Assembly: GCA_963733095.1 (NCBI GenBank)
Contig: CAVTBV010000012.1
Span: forward strand, 320,001 to 384,000
Direction of reading: 5' to 3'
Origin: Candidatus Bathyarchaeota archaeon
Lineage (GTDB): Archaea; Thermoproteota; Bathyarchaeia; Bathyarchaeales; Bathycorpusculaceae
DNA length: 64,000 bases
Of this stretch, positions 30,240-38,977 are shown piece by piece. Made by a program: the position numbers and the translations under genes. The notes under the pieces were generated by a model that was given only the letters and a program-made list of their open reading frames with translations, was not told the origin of the DNA and did not search any database. Numbering within the stretch: the first letter of the stretch is position 1; the number at the start of each line of letters is the position of its first letter.

Positions 30240-31319
30240 TTGACAAATAAGAAAGGTCCTTTACTTATGACTTCTTGGCGAGCAACAGGCGCCTGCAACG
30301 CCCGGTGCCTTTACTGCAACGTTGACGCGACAGGTAAGCATGCTCCAAGAGAAATGACAACCCAAGAAGCATTCCATCTGGTTGATGAAGTTAGTGATTT
30401 TGGCGTTAGGTGGTTTGGCATAAAAGGCGGGGAACCCTTAACACGTCCCGACATCTTTGAAATTGTCACATATGCCAAAAACAAAGGTCTAAACGTTTGC
30501 TTACTCACAAACGGAGTCTTTGTTGACGGATCAATTTACGATAATTTGGTGAAAAATCAGGTTTGGACATCCGTTAGCATCGATGGACCAGAAGAAATCA
30601 ACGACCAACTACGCGGAAAAGGCTCCTACAAAAAAGCCCTCGCCGCCATCGAAAAATTATCAAAGGGTAAGATCCTCAACGGCTTAGCCTGCGCCATAAC
30701 AACCATAAACTACCAGCACCTCGACCATGTTGCAGAGTTAGCTGACAAATACCACGCTAACTTTGTCTGGTACAACCACTTAGTGCCCAGCGGACGAGCA
30801 AAGGCAACCATGGATTTAACACCCACACCAGAACAGTACGAATGGGTGCTCAACCACATCTGGGATATAACACAAAAGTACAGGGGCAAATTTGAGGTTC
30901 ACGTTCACTGCCCACACTTTGCGCGGGTAGTGAAGCAGAGAATCCCCGAAAAAGAGTTTAACGAATGGTACGAAAAAGAATTCCACGGCAAATGCACCTA
31001 CTTCGCATTCGGCGGCTACCTCAGCGTAACCGAAAACGGCGACTTAATCCCATGCTTCTACACCGACCTGCAACCCTCCGAGCCCATGATGCTAGGCAAC
31101 ATTCGCAACAAAAGCTTAACCACAGCGTGGGAAGAAATCAAAGCCTCAAAATACTACAACAAATTCCAAGACCGAAACATCCTCAAAGGCAAATGCGGAG
31201 TCTGCGAATACAAAGACATCTGCGGCGGATGTAGAAACCGAGCATTCGCATACACAGGCGACATCACAGAGTCCGACCCTGCATGCGCCTATATACCGGA
31301 GAGTCTCCGCAAAAAGTAA
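30240..31319 (+). CDS. Radical SAM/SPASM protein (NirJ/AhbC/AhbD/PqqE-like)
   Basis: CNARCLYC, GGEPL, TNG, SIDG; SPASM GKC...G...PC...GKCGVCEYKDICGGCR.RA...DPAC. Confidence 0.88.
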   Translation: MTNKKGPLLMTSWRATGACNARCLYCNVDATGKHAPREMTTQEAFHLVDEVSDFGVRWFGIKGGEPLTRPDIFEIVTYAKNKGLNVCLLTNGVFVDGSIYDNLVKNQVWTSVSIDGPEEINDQLRGKGSYKKALAAIEKLSKGKILNGLACAITTINYQHLDHVAELADKYHANFVWYNHLVPSGRAKATMDLTPTPEQYEWVLNHIWDITQKYRGKFEVHVHCPHFARVVKQRIPEKEFNEWYEKEFHGKCTYFAFGGYLSVTENGDLIPCFYTDLQPSEPMMLGNIRNKSLTTAWEEIKASKYYNKFQDRNILKGKCGVCEYKDICGGCRNRAFAYTGDITESDPACAYIPESLRKK

Positions 31320-31336
31320 CAGTTGCAGGTATAGTG

Positions 31337-32737
31337 ATGAGTGTAATTAAAACAAAAGTAGCATTGGTAACCACTCCACTCTTGCAGAAACGGGGTAACC
31401 ACCCGCTTTTTCCACCCTTGGGCCTAGCGTATATGGCAGCTGTTTTAGAGCAGAACGGTTTTGAAGTAAAAATATTCGATTGCCCGGCATGCGAACTCGA
31501 CCATGATAAACTCAAAGCCGAATTATCCAACTATCAACCCACGATGGTCGGCATCGGCTCCATGACACCTACAATTGAGTCAGCACTCAAATCTGCCCGC
31601 GTAACAAAAGAAGCCTGCCCAGACGCCAAGGTTTTGATGGGTGGACCCCATGCAACTTTTGCTGGCGAAGAAATCCTCGCATCCGAAAAAGCTGTAGATA
31701 TAATTGTGAGGGGAGAGGGTGAGGAGACAATCGTAGAATTAGCCAAACAACTCCCTGTAGGCGACATCGGAGGTATAACCTTCCGAAAGGATAACCAAAT
31801 AATCCAAACAGCGAACAGACCCTACATCCAAGACCTCGACGCACTTCCGTTGCCTGCCTACAAGCTTCTTCCAATGGACAAATACAACATAACAGGAAGA
31901 AACCTGCTTTCAGTAATAAGTAGCAGAGGATGCCCCTACCAATGTCCCTTCTGCGTAGCTTCACAAATGTTCGGTGCTCCTTTCAGGGCAAGAAATCCCA
32001 AGAACGTTCTTGACGAAATGGAGTGGTTAAGAGATGAGTACGGTGCGGAAGGCATAGCTTTCCAAGATGACACATTAACTTTTAACAGGGCAAGGGCAAT
32101 TGAAATCTGCGACGGCATGATAGAGAGAAAAATGAAGCTGCCATGGGGCTGCGGAACCAGAGCAGACGCAGTTACCAAAGAACTCGTTGCAAAGATGAGT
32201 AAAGCGCATTGCGATGAAATGATGTTTGGTGTAGAGTCAGGTTGCCAGAGGATGCGCGATGTGCTGAAAAAGAAAGTTACAAACGCACAGTGCGAAAACG
32301 CCATTAAATGGACCAAAGAAGCAGGAATCTTCGTAACGGTATCAGTCATTTTGGGATATCCAGGTGAAACCAAAGAGACTCTGCAGGAAAGCCTGGATTT
32401 TGTCCGCCGAGTAGAGCCTGACGATGTATGGCTTTGCCACGCGACACCTTTCCCCGGAACTGAACTTCGCGAGTTAGTGAAGAGCTGCGGGTGGAAGATG
32501 TCGGAGAACTGGGAACTCTACAACACAATGAACCCCATCTTTGAAGACCCATCATTCCCAGCTAAAGACATCGCAGAAATCAGAAAGAACTTCTACAACA
32601 AATTCTACAGCTCAAAATATGTTATGCGGCAAGCTGTGAAAGGCTATTTGAAAGGCAACTTGTACAGCAAAATAATGACCAGAACAGGAGCTAACTACAT
32701 GCTCTGGCGAGCAATGGCCCGCCTTAAACTAATGTAA
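31337..32737 (+). CDS. Cobalamin-binding radical SAM enzyme
   Basis: ORF from 31283; likely start ATG 31337, just after the SPASM stop. PPLGLAYMAA, GGPHAT, SRGCPYQCPFC, FGVESG. Confidence 0.9.
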   Translation: MSVIKTKVALVTTPLLQKRGNHPLFPPLGLAYMAAVLEQNGFEVKIFDCPACELDHDKLKAELSNYQPTMVGIGSMTPTIESALKSARVTKEACPDAKVLMGGPHATFAGEEILASEKAVDIIVRGEGEETIVELAKQLPVGDIGGITFRKDNQIIQTANRPYIQDLDALPLPAYKLLPMDKYNITGRNLLSVISSRGCPYQCPFCVASQMFGAPFRARNPKNVLDEMEWLRDEYGAEGIAFQDDTLTFNRARAIEICDGMIERKMKLPWGCGTRADAVTKELVAKMSKAHCDEMMFGVESGCQRMRDVLKKKVTNAQCENAIKWTKEAGIFVTVSVILGYPGETKETLQESLDFVRRVEPDDVWLCHATPFPGTELRELVKSCGWKMSENWELYNTMNPIFEDPSFPAKDIAEIRKNFYNKFYSSKYVMRQAVKGYLKGNLYSKIMTRTGANYMLWRAMARLKLM

Positions 32738-32855
32738 ACGGTAAAAAATGAGTTTCACAGATTTTTAAAGCAAGATAACCCGGAATTTTCTGCTAACCTT
32801 GCGTTTAGAAAACAAATAAAAAAAAGGAAAAGTTGGTTTTTTCCCTTACGTGGGT

Positions 32856-35504
32856 TTAAGGTCTTTTTCGTTGCATCAGTATTGAAACAGCGCCGACTAT
32901 GATGATTACGACGATAATTGCGATTGCTGAGCCCAGAACGTATGAGTCAGTCATTGATGTAGAAGGAGGTGTAGGTGTAGTGGTTGCAGCTGGCGCGTTC
33001 ATTACATAGAAAGCGGTTTGTGAGGATGATCCCCAGTAACCATTGTTGCCGTTGAAAGAAGCGATAACTGTGTAATTCCCAGCGATGTCAGGTGTCCAGG
33101 CAAGACTGTATAGTCCGCTTGAAGTAGTTGTTGTTGTGCCTATGTTCCGGGAGTTTCCATTAGAGTCCACGACATCTATTGACACTGGAACGCCTGTGAA
33201 GTTGGTGGGCATTGGTTGCTGTTGATAGACATAGCTCATCCATTGGCTTGTGCTTGCGTCAGATGCAGCTGGAACGCCATTTGGGAAGTCAGCTGCTTGC
33301 TGGTTTTGTTTTGTTCCTGCCGAAATGTCAATCACTGTACCCTGTATGAACACGGTATTTCCTTGTGGGATAACGTTGTTTTGGACTGAAACAGTTGTGT
33401 CTGTCGGACCTCGTCCAACGCAGTATATTTGGTTGTCGTATTGATTATAGAATGTTGCATCTCCGTCAGCGATAGCTATGGGTTGCATTGAGGTGCCTAA
33501 TCCTGAGGCAGACCAAGATGAGAGTGTCCAGATTTCTTGTCCAGTGGTAGCGTTGAGCACGCGCATCTGGTTGCCGTAGTATAGTGGTGTGTTTGGTGAG
33601 TGTTCGCCTGCATAGGTGAATACCATTCCGTCGGCAAATGCTGTGAGGTGGATTGGATAAAGTCCCCATGGTGTGTCTGCGCCGCTGTTTGTGGTGTTTC
33701 CTTCTCCGCCGTTACCGTAAGTCCATAGAAGAGTGCCATTTAGCATCGAATAGGAATAGACTATACCGCCGTACCCTGCTACGTAGTAATTGCCGTAAGC
33801 TGGCAGTCCTTCTCTGGAACTGTAGTATTGGAATCCTGTTTGAGCAATTGTACTTGGACCCCAAACTAGGTCTCCGGTTGCAAGGCTGTAAGCAAGTCGC
33901 TGGCCAGTTTCTTGGTATGTCATGGCAAACTCGTTTGTAACTGGATCTATTGGTTGCGTTGGTAACATTTCGGTGAGGTTTCCTGGTGGTGCTGGGTAAT
34001 TCTTAATCCATAGTAGATTGCCTTCTGAGCCTGGTGCATCGCTTAGAGCCCACATTGTCCATGGGTTTGAGTTCGGGTTAGATTCTGCAATGAGCGCAAT
34101 GTTGCTGCTAGTGCCTAATATTGTCTGCCCAGGGATGATACCGACGATGTGTGGAGGTGCTAGGTTAAGTGTAGTAATTGCTGAGGGGTAACTTCCATCC
34201 AAGTTTGATGAGATTGTCACGTTGTATGAATATGCATAGCTTTTGCTTGCATCGATAGAGAACCCTGAACCAACTGGCACGAAGTCTATACCTGGAGCAG
34301 GCGCTCCGGGTGCACCATTGTCTGGAGCTGTGATTGCTGCAGTATCATTCCATAAAGCTAACCAGCCACTTTGAGCATTGACGTCATAGTTGAATACGTA
34401 TATCAATATGTCACCTGCGTTGTCATAAACTTGAGTGCCGCGAGGAACGTTCGTCAAATTAAATAGGAACTGCTGAGTGAATGCGTTATAAGCCATCCAT
34501 GTAGAGCCAGAAACCTGCCAAAGTATCGCTCCGGGGATTCCGTGCTGGTTGGGTATTTGTATGTCAGCGATTTGTGCCATGCTTGGATAGAGAGTTGTAC
34601 TTGACCACAATGTTTGGCCAGTCGTCAAATCTACCGCCATCTCTGGTCCACCTGATCCGGCCTCCCCATTGGGTTCTCGGTAGTAAAGTACACCTTGTAG
34701 AATTATTGGATTGTTAAACCTAACATTGTATGACATTCCCTGATAATAAGTAGCTAAGTCATCAGTTGCTTCAGCTGTATCGCCAGGTTGACTTACAGTT
34801 CCGCCTGCTAAGCCACCAAACTCGAGCGGTTTTGTCCATAGTATGTGTGCACTTGTGGGTGCCACACCGTTTGCTTGAATATAGTTAGATTCTGCAGCTC
34901 CGCCTAGCCAGTTTGATCCAACAGCATACATGCCTTGGTTTTGTCCGTATATTGGTCTAGTCCAGTATGCAGTGGGTAGTGCAGAGTTAACATTTGTCGG
35001 TATTGGCTGTTCCTGCACGGTAAAAGTCATGGATGCATTGCTGGGCAGATAGATGTCACCGTTAGTTGCGGGCAACCCTACCTGGAGTGCTACTGGACCT
35101 GGACCATTGTATACTTGTCCGCCGTAGCTGAAAGATACTGTATAGGTTCCAACTTGGTCAGGAGTGAAGGCAAAGTATTGTGATGATGTTGTATCACTAA
35201 CTGTTGGGAATGACTGCGTTACTTTCGTTCCGTCGGGTTGTGTTATAATAAAGGTGTAGTTTTCAGCTCTGATGTTATTTTCAAGAAGTGCTCCTGATAT
35301 TACTTGATTAATCCAGCCGAATATGAGCATTTGTTGACCAACACCAACTGGGTTGGGTGAAGCAGCGACAAACGCGTATGTGGTGATTTGCCAGGGTGGT
35401 GTATGTGCGGTGGCGTTGGGTAATAGTGTCATCGAAGCCGCCATTGATATTGTGAGAAGAATCGCAATAGTGATAGTTGCTGTTTTGTTTAAAGCAATTT
35501 TCAT
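32856..35504 (-). CDS. PQQ-like beta-propeller surface protein, paralog 5
   Basis: ATA|HTP, GEHSPNTP, YYSSREGLPAYG (shared with paralog 8), TM helix plus RKRP. Confidence 0.8.
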   Translation of the reverse strand: MKIALNKTATITIAILLTISMAASMTLLPNATAHTPPWQITTYAFVAASPNPVGVGQQMLIFGWINQVISGALLENNIRAENYTFIITQPDGTKVTQSFPTVSDTTSSQYFAFTPDQVGTYTVSFSYGGQVYNGPGPVALQVGLPATNGDIYLPSNASMTFTVQEQPIPTNVNSALPTAYWTRPIYGQNQGMYAVGSNWLGGAAESNYIQANGVAPTSAHILWTKPLEFGGLAGGTVSQPGDTAEATDDLATYYQGMSYNVRFNNPIILQGVLYYREPNGEAGSGGPEMAVDLTTGQTLWSSTTLYPSMAQIADIQIPNQHGIPGAILWQVSGSTWMAYNAFTQQFLFNLTNVPRGTQVYDNAGDILIYVFNYDVNAQSGWLALWNDTAAITAPDNGAPGAPAPGIDFVPVGSGFSIDASKSYAYSYNVTISSNLDGSYPSAITTLNLAPPHIVGIIPGQTILGTSSNIALIAESNPNSNPWTMWALSDAPGSEGNLLWIKNYPAPPGNLTEMLPTQPIDPVTNEFAMTYQETGQRLAYSLATGDLVWGPSTIAQTGFQYYSSREGLPAYGNYYVAGYGGIVYSYSMLNGTLLWTYGNGGEGNTTNSGADTPWGLYPIHLTAFADGMVFTYAGEHSPNTPLYYGNQMRVLNATTGQEIWTLSSWSASGLGTSMQPIAIADGDATFYNQYDNQIYCVGRGPTDTTVSVQNNVIPQGNTVFIQGTVIDISAGTKQNQQAADFPNGVPAASDASTSQWMSYVYQQQPMPTNFTGVPVSIDVVDSNGNSRNIGTTTTTSSGLYSLAWTPDIAGNYTVIASFNGNNGYWGSSSQTAFYVMNAPAATTTPTPPSTSMTDSYVLGSAIAIIVVIIIVGAVSILMQRKRP

Positions 35505-35658
35505 AATTTTTTCTCCTTTTATTGATACTTGTGTTAAACTATAACGCTGTTATAGTGAATAATATAAACTTTACTTTGATTTTCTTTTTTCAGCACTATT
35601 AGAACTTAGAGCAGTAGTTTAGTGTGCGTTTGTGAGCGTTAGGCGTTGGTTTAAGTAT

Positions 35659-35667
35659 TTGTCACAA
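35659..35667. promoter_or_regulatory. Palindromic operator candidate TTGTNACAA (copy 1)
   Basis: TTGTCACAAGTGGTACC beside a TTTAAG box. Homologous sites at 38707 and 41629. Confidence 0.55.
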
Positions 35668-35732
35668 GTGGTACCTCAGACAGATTTGCCAAAAATGAAA
35701 TTGGTTTTCAATTCAAGAAAGGTTAAAGGTTT

Positions 35733-35830
35733 GCTGAGGCTCTGGAACGAATTGGAGAAGAGCGAAATGCAAAACGCTCCTCACGAAACTATGGTCAAGT
35801 ATCGTGAATTTTAACCAGAGCCTACTCAGC
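35733..35830 (+). ncRNA. Putative structured RNA or repeated element, copy 1
   Basis: GCTGAG-GCTCTGG...CCAGAGC-CTA-CTCAGC closing stem. Inner hairpins GAGCG-AAATGCAAAA-CGCTC and TCACGA-loop-TCGTGA. T-tract follows. Confidence 0.55.
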
Positions 35831-35855
35831 CCGCATTTTTTCCAGTACTTTAGAG

Positions 35856-35872
35856 ACTAAAAAAGGGGAAAG
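35856..35872 (-). terminator. U-tract terminator after paralog 6
   Basis: CTTTCCCCTTTTTTAGT on the - strand, identical to 12751 and 38937. Confidence 0.6.
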
Positions 35873-35902
35873 ATTGTTTTTGTTTGTTTTTTGTTCGATT
35901 AC

Positions 35903-38647
35903 TTATGGTCGCTTTCGCAGCATCATCATAATCAATGCGCCGATTATAACCAGCACAACGATAATCGCTGCAATACCGATCGCAAAGTCAGTAGTCGTAG
36001 CATAGTTGCCTGTCGATGATGCAGGAGCCGAAGTCGAAGCCACCACGTCACTAGCATAGAAATGAGTCTGAGCCGAAGAACCATAGTAGCCACCTGAACC
36101 AGCAAACGTCGCAATCAAAGTATAATCACCCGCAATATCAGGAGTCCAAGTAAAACCGTACGCACCCGAAGCATCAGTAGTAGTAGAACCAATAGATCGA
36201 TAGTTACCATTAGAGTCAACAACACTAAGAGTAACAGAAACACCGACCTCGTTGTGCGGATCCGGCTGCTGCATATACACCGTCTCCATAAACGCGCTCA
36301 TACTAGCATCAGAAACCACCGGCAACCCATTGGGATAGTTCGCTGCAACCGCTTCTTGCCTTGCACCCGCAGAAACATCCGTCACAGTACCCGTAATAGT
36401 AATCGGAGTAGCAGTAGAAACGCCTACCTGAGGAGCACTAACAGTAGTAGCACTCGGACCCTGCCCATAAGCGTAGATCTGGTTGTCATAAGCATTCAAA
36501 TTCGTCATAATACCATACGCAAGCTCCGGATTGCTGTTGACATTAAACGAATCAATCGCCCACACAAGATCACCAGTCGTACAGTTAATCGCCAATTGCT
36601 GAGAACCGATGAACAGAGGAGGCGAATACTCATGTCCCTCACCAAGGAACATCAATCCACCACCACCGCCGATGCCAGTCTGCACCCAAATAGGCCAAAC
36701 ACCATACGGTGTATTACCGCCAGCTTCACCAGTAATCTTTGTAGTGTTCGTGTACCAGTTAACAGAGCCATCCGCCATCGACAAAGACCAGATGTCGCCG
36801 CCAAAGCCAAAGATATAGAAGTTCCCACCGTAGATGTTGCCCTTAATGCCGCCCACAGTATCATAAGCATTTATATCCGCACCATTATCGCCCTTAAGAG
36901 TCGTTTGCCAAACTAGATTGCCTGTAGTGACACTGAAAGCAGAAACCTCACCAGTCTCTTTGATGATGGTTGTGAAAACTCCATCGGCAACGTTGCCATA
37001 GTTGTCTAAGTTAACTGCAGTGTAAGGCGTAAAAGCGATCTCCTTAACGAATAGCTGTTGTCCAGTGTTTATGTCAAAGCCAGTAAACCAGTCAGAGCCT
37101 GTTTGGAAGTAGTTTGTAAGCCCTGCGTTATTTAGCGAGTAAAGAATTGCGACACCGCTGTTAACGCCCATAATTGTCCAACTTGTCGGTTGACCCGTAG
37201 GTAGCTGATAAGCAGCCATTATTCCGTATTTGTAGTCGATAACGGCGTTTTGTGTAGGTCTCCAATTCCAGCCTGAACCCGATGTAGATGGCCAGCCCAC
37301 GCCAAGCATAATGGCCTGTGTCGAATTCCAAACCTCAAGCAAACCGTTGCCCGCAGTGTTGGTAACTTTTGTGGGTTCTGGTCCGATGACTGGTTGAATT
37401 TGTCCGTAGATCGTTTGTGTGCCGACAGTAGTGTTTGTGTAGTATTGAATAAGGTTGCCAGATGCATCCACAGTATTTCCATACGAAAAGCCCGTACCGT
37501 TAACAATGCTAAGAATATACTTACCAGTCATAGCATCAAACATGTTTAGGCTAGTTCCGCGCGAGTATATTCCGTCAAGGGTTCCTTGAGTCCATAGGTA
37601 TGCAACTCCGCCGTATTGGTTGGGTGACACATAATCAAGCACTTGGCCACATTCCAGAGGTGTAACTTGACCATTTGATGTGAGAGCAGTTTGCGCTGGT
37701 GAACCTCCACCATAGTTGGTTGAGTCGTCGACCCATATTGTTTGTCCAGTGTATAAGTCAACGCAGACGTTGGCAGTAGGGTTAGCTGAGCTGCCTGGGA
37801 TTTGAGTGTAGTAGAGGTAGCCGTTGATGACAATCGGATTATACTTCCGTTCGTACTGAGCAGTCGAATAATAGTTGCCGTAAGTCGTCGTTCCGCCTGC
37901 ATCACCGCCGATGACACCGCCAAAAGTAATGGGCCTTGTCCAAATGATGTGAGACGTAAGCGGCGCAGTAGAGTAGGGATTGAAGTTTGTGGTTGTGTTG
38001 TAGTTGGAGGCGCCTTTACCTGCGCTGTAGCCGATGTAGAGGCCAAGATAAGGACCGCCGATAGCGTACCAGTTGTAAACGTTCATCGCATTGATCGGAG
38101 TCTGCCAATAACTAGTTGGAAGCGGAGTACCCGGAATAGACGGCACAGGTTCTTGCTGAACAGTTAAAGTTGCAACATCGCTTATAGCTGGTAGAATAGT
38201 GTCGTTGATGTAGCTTGGGTTGCTAATGCCAGTCAAGCCGTATTGACCACCGTTTAATGTCTGTCCTGGATAAGTCATCTGGAATTGGTATTCACCCAAT
38301 TGGTCAGGTGTATAGTGTGTGCTTGTTCCACCAGTATCATCAGATGTGAATGGACCCAATGTCTCGTTTGTTCCATCAGGCTTAATGACATGAACCGTGA
38401 ATGGACCAAACCTGTCACCATAGATAGTGCCAGCAGTCATTGGCGGTGCATTTAGCCAAAAGCCAACAGTAACAGTCTGACCCAGCCCAGCAGGATTAGG
38501 TGCAACATTAACGAACGCAAACAGTTGAATGTCAAACGGTGGAGTATGTGCATTAGTGTTTGGCAGTAGAGCCATTGAAGCTCCCAAAGAAATTATCAAA
38601 AGTGCTGCAATCGAAATAGCTGTAGTTTTACTTTTTAGATTAAACAT
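35903..38647 (-). CDS. PQQ-like beta-propeller surface protein, paralog 6
   Basis: ORF extends to 38692; likely start MFNLK at 38647 (AAGGAG RBS). TNA|HTP, GHEYSPP. Closest to paralog 4. Confidence 0.8.
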   Translation of the reverse strand: MFNLKSKTTAISIAALLIISLGASMALLPNTNAHTPPFDIQLFAFVNVAPNPAGLGQTVTVGFWLNAPPMTAGTIYGDRFGPFTVHVIKPDGTNETLGPFTSDDTGGTSTHYTPDQLGEYQFQMTYPGQTLNGGQYGLTGISNPSYINDTILPAISDVATLTVQQEPVPSIPGTPLPTSYWQTPINAMNVYNWYAIGGPYLGLYIGYSAGKGASNYNTTTNFNPYSTAPLTSHIIWTRPITFGGVIGGDAGGTTTYGNYYSTAQYERKYNPIVINGYLYYTQIPGSSANPTANVCVDLYTGQTIWVDDSTNYGGGSPAQTALTSNGQVTPLECGQVLDYVSPNQYGGVAYLWTQGTLDGIYSRGTSLNMFDAMTGKYILSIVNGTGFSYGNTVDASGNLIQYYTNTTVGTQTIYGQIQPVIGPEPTKVTNTAGNGLLEVWNSTQAIMLGVGWPSTSGSGWNWRPTQNAVIDYKYGIMAAYQLPTGQPTSWTIMGVNSGVAILYSLNNAGLTNYFQTGSDWFTGFDINTGQQLFVKEIAFTPYTAVNLDNYGNVADGVFTTIIKETGEVSAFSVTTGNLVWQTTLKGDNGADINAYDTVGGIKGNIYGGNFYIFGFGGDIWSLSMADGSVNWYTNTTKITGEAGGNTPYGVWPIWVQTGIGGGGGLMFLGEGHEYSPPLFIGSQQLAINCTTGDLVWAIDSFNVNSNPELAYGIMTNLNAYDNQIYAYGQGPSATTVSAPQVGVSTATPITITGTVTDVSAGARQEAVAANYPNGLPVVSDASMSAFMETVYMQQPDPHNEVGVSVTLSVVDSNGNYRSIGSTTTDASGAYGFTWTPDIAGDYTLIATFAGSGGYYGSSAQTHFYASDVVASTSAPASSTGNYATTTDFAIGIAAIIVVLVIIGALIMMMLRKRP

Positions 38648-38706
38648 TTTTTTCTTTTCTCCTTTATTCTGTAACTTACTCCATGGGTTCAAACTCTGTT
38701 AAGCGT

Positions 38707-38715
38707 TTGTAACAA
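38707..38715. promoter_or_regulatory. Palindromic operator candidate TTGTAACAA (copy 2)
   Basis: On the - strand it sits just upstream of CTTAAC, about 60 nt before the paralog 6 start. Confidence 0.55.
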
Positions 38716-38801
38716 GTGGTCCTTCTGAAAAATTTCTTGATAGATTTTACTCCAAAAATTAAAGCGAGAAAAGTTTGATAACAAAAGTAGGCGGCACGTT
38801 T

Positions 38802-38901
38802 GCTGAGGCTCTTGGTGGGTGATTAAGGAGAGAAAAAGAGAATGCAAACTCTTTCTTCACGACTATAGCTATTTCGTGAATTTAATCCGAGCGTTCTCAG
38901 C
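38802..38901 (+). ncRNA. Putative structured RNA or repeated element, copy 2
   Basis: GCTGAG-GCTC...GAGC-GTT-CTCAGC; AAGAG-AATGCAAA-CTCTT; TCACGA-CTATAGCTATT-TCGTGA. Confidence 0.55.
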
Positions 38902-38936
38902 CCTCCGCCAGATCTACAACTTTTTTGCCTATGCAA

Positions 38937-38953
38937 ACTAAAAAAGGGGAAAG
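38937..38953 (-). terminator. U-tract terminator after paralog 7
   Basis: Same 17-mer as at 12751 and 35856. Confidence 0.6.
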
Positions 38954-38977
38954 TGGATTTTGAGTCATATCTTTACA

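Noticed and set aside
35632-35814. 60 aa ORF, and similarly 41725..41949
   Set aside because: Both overlap the repeated structured element, and the reading frame is not conserved among the copies.
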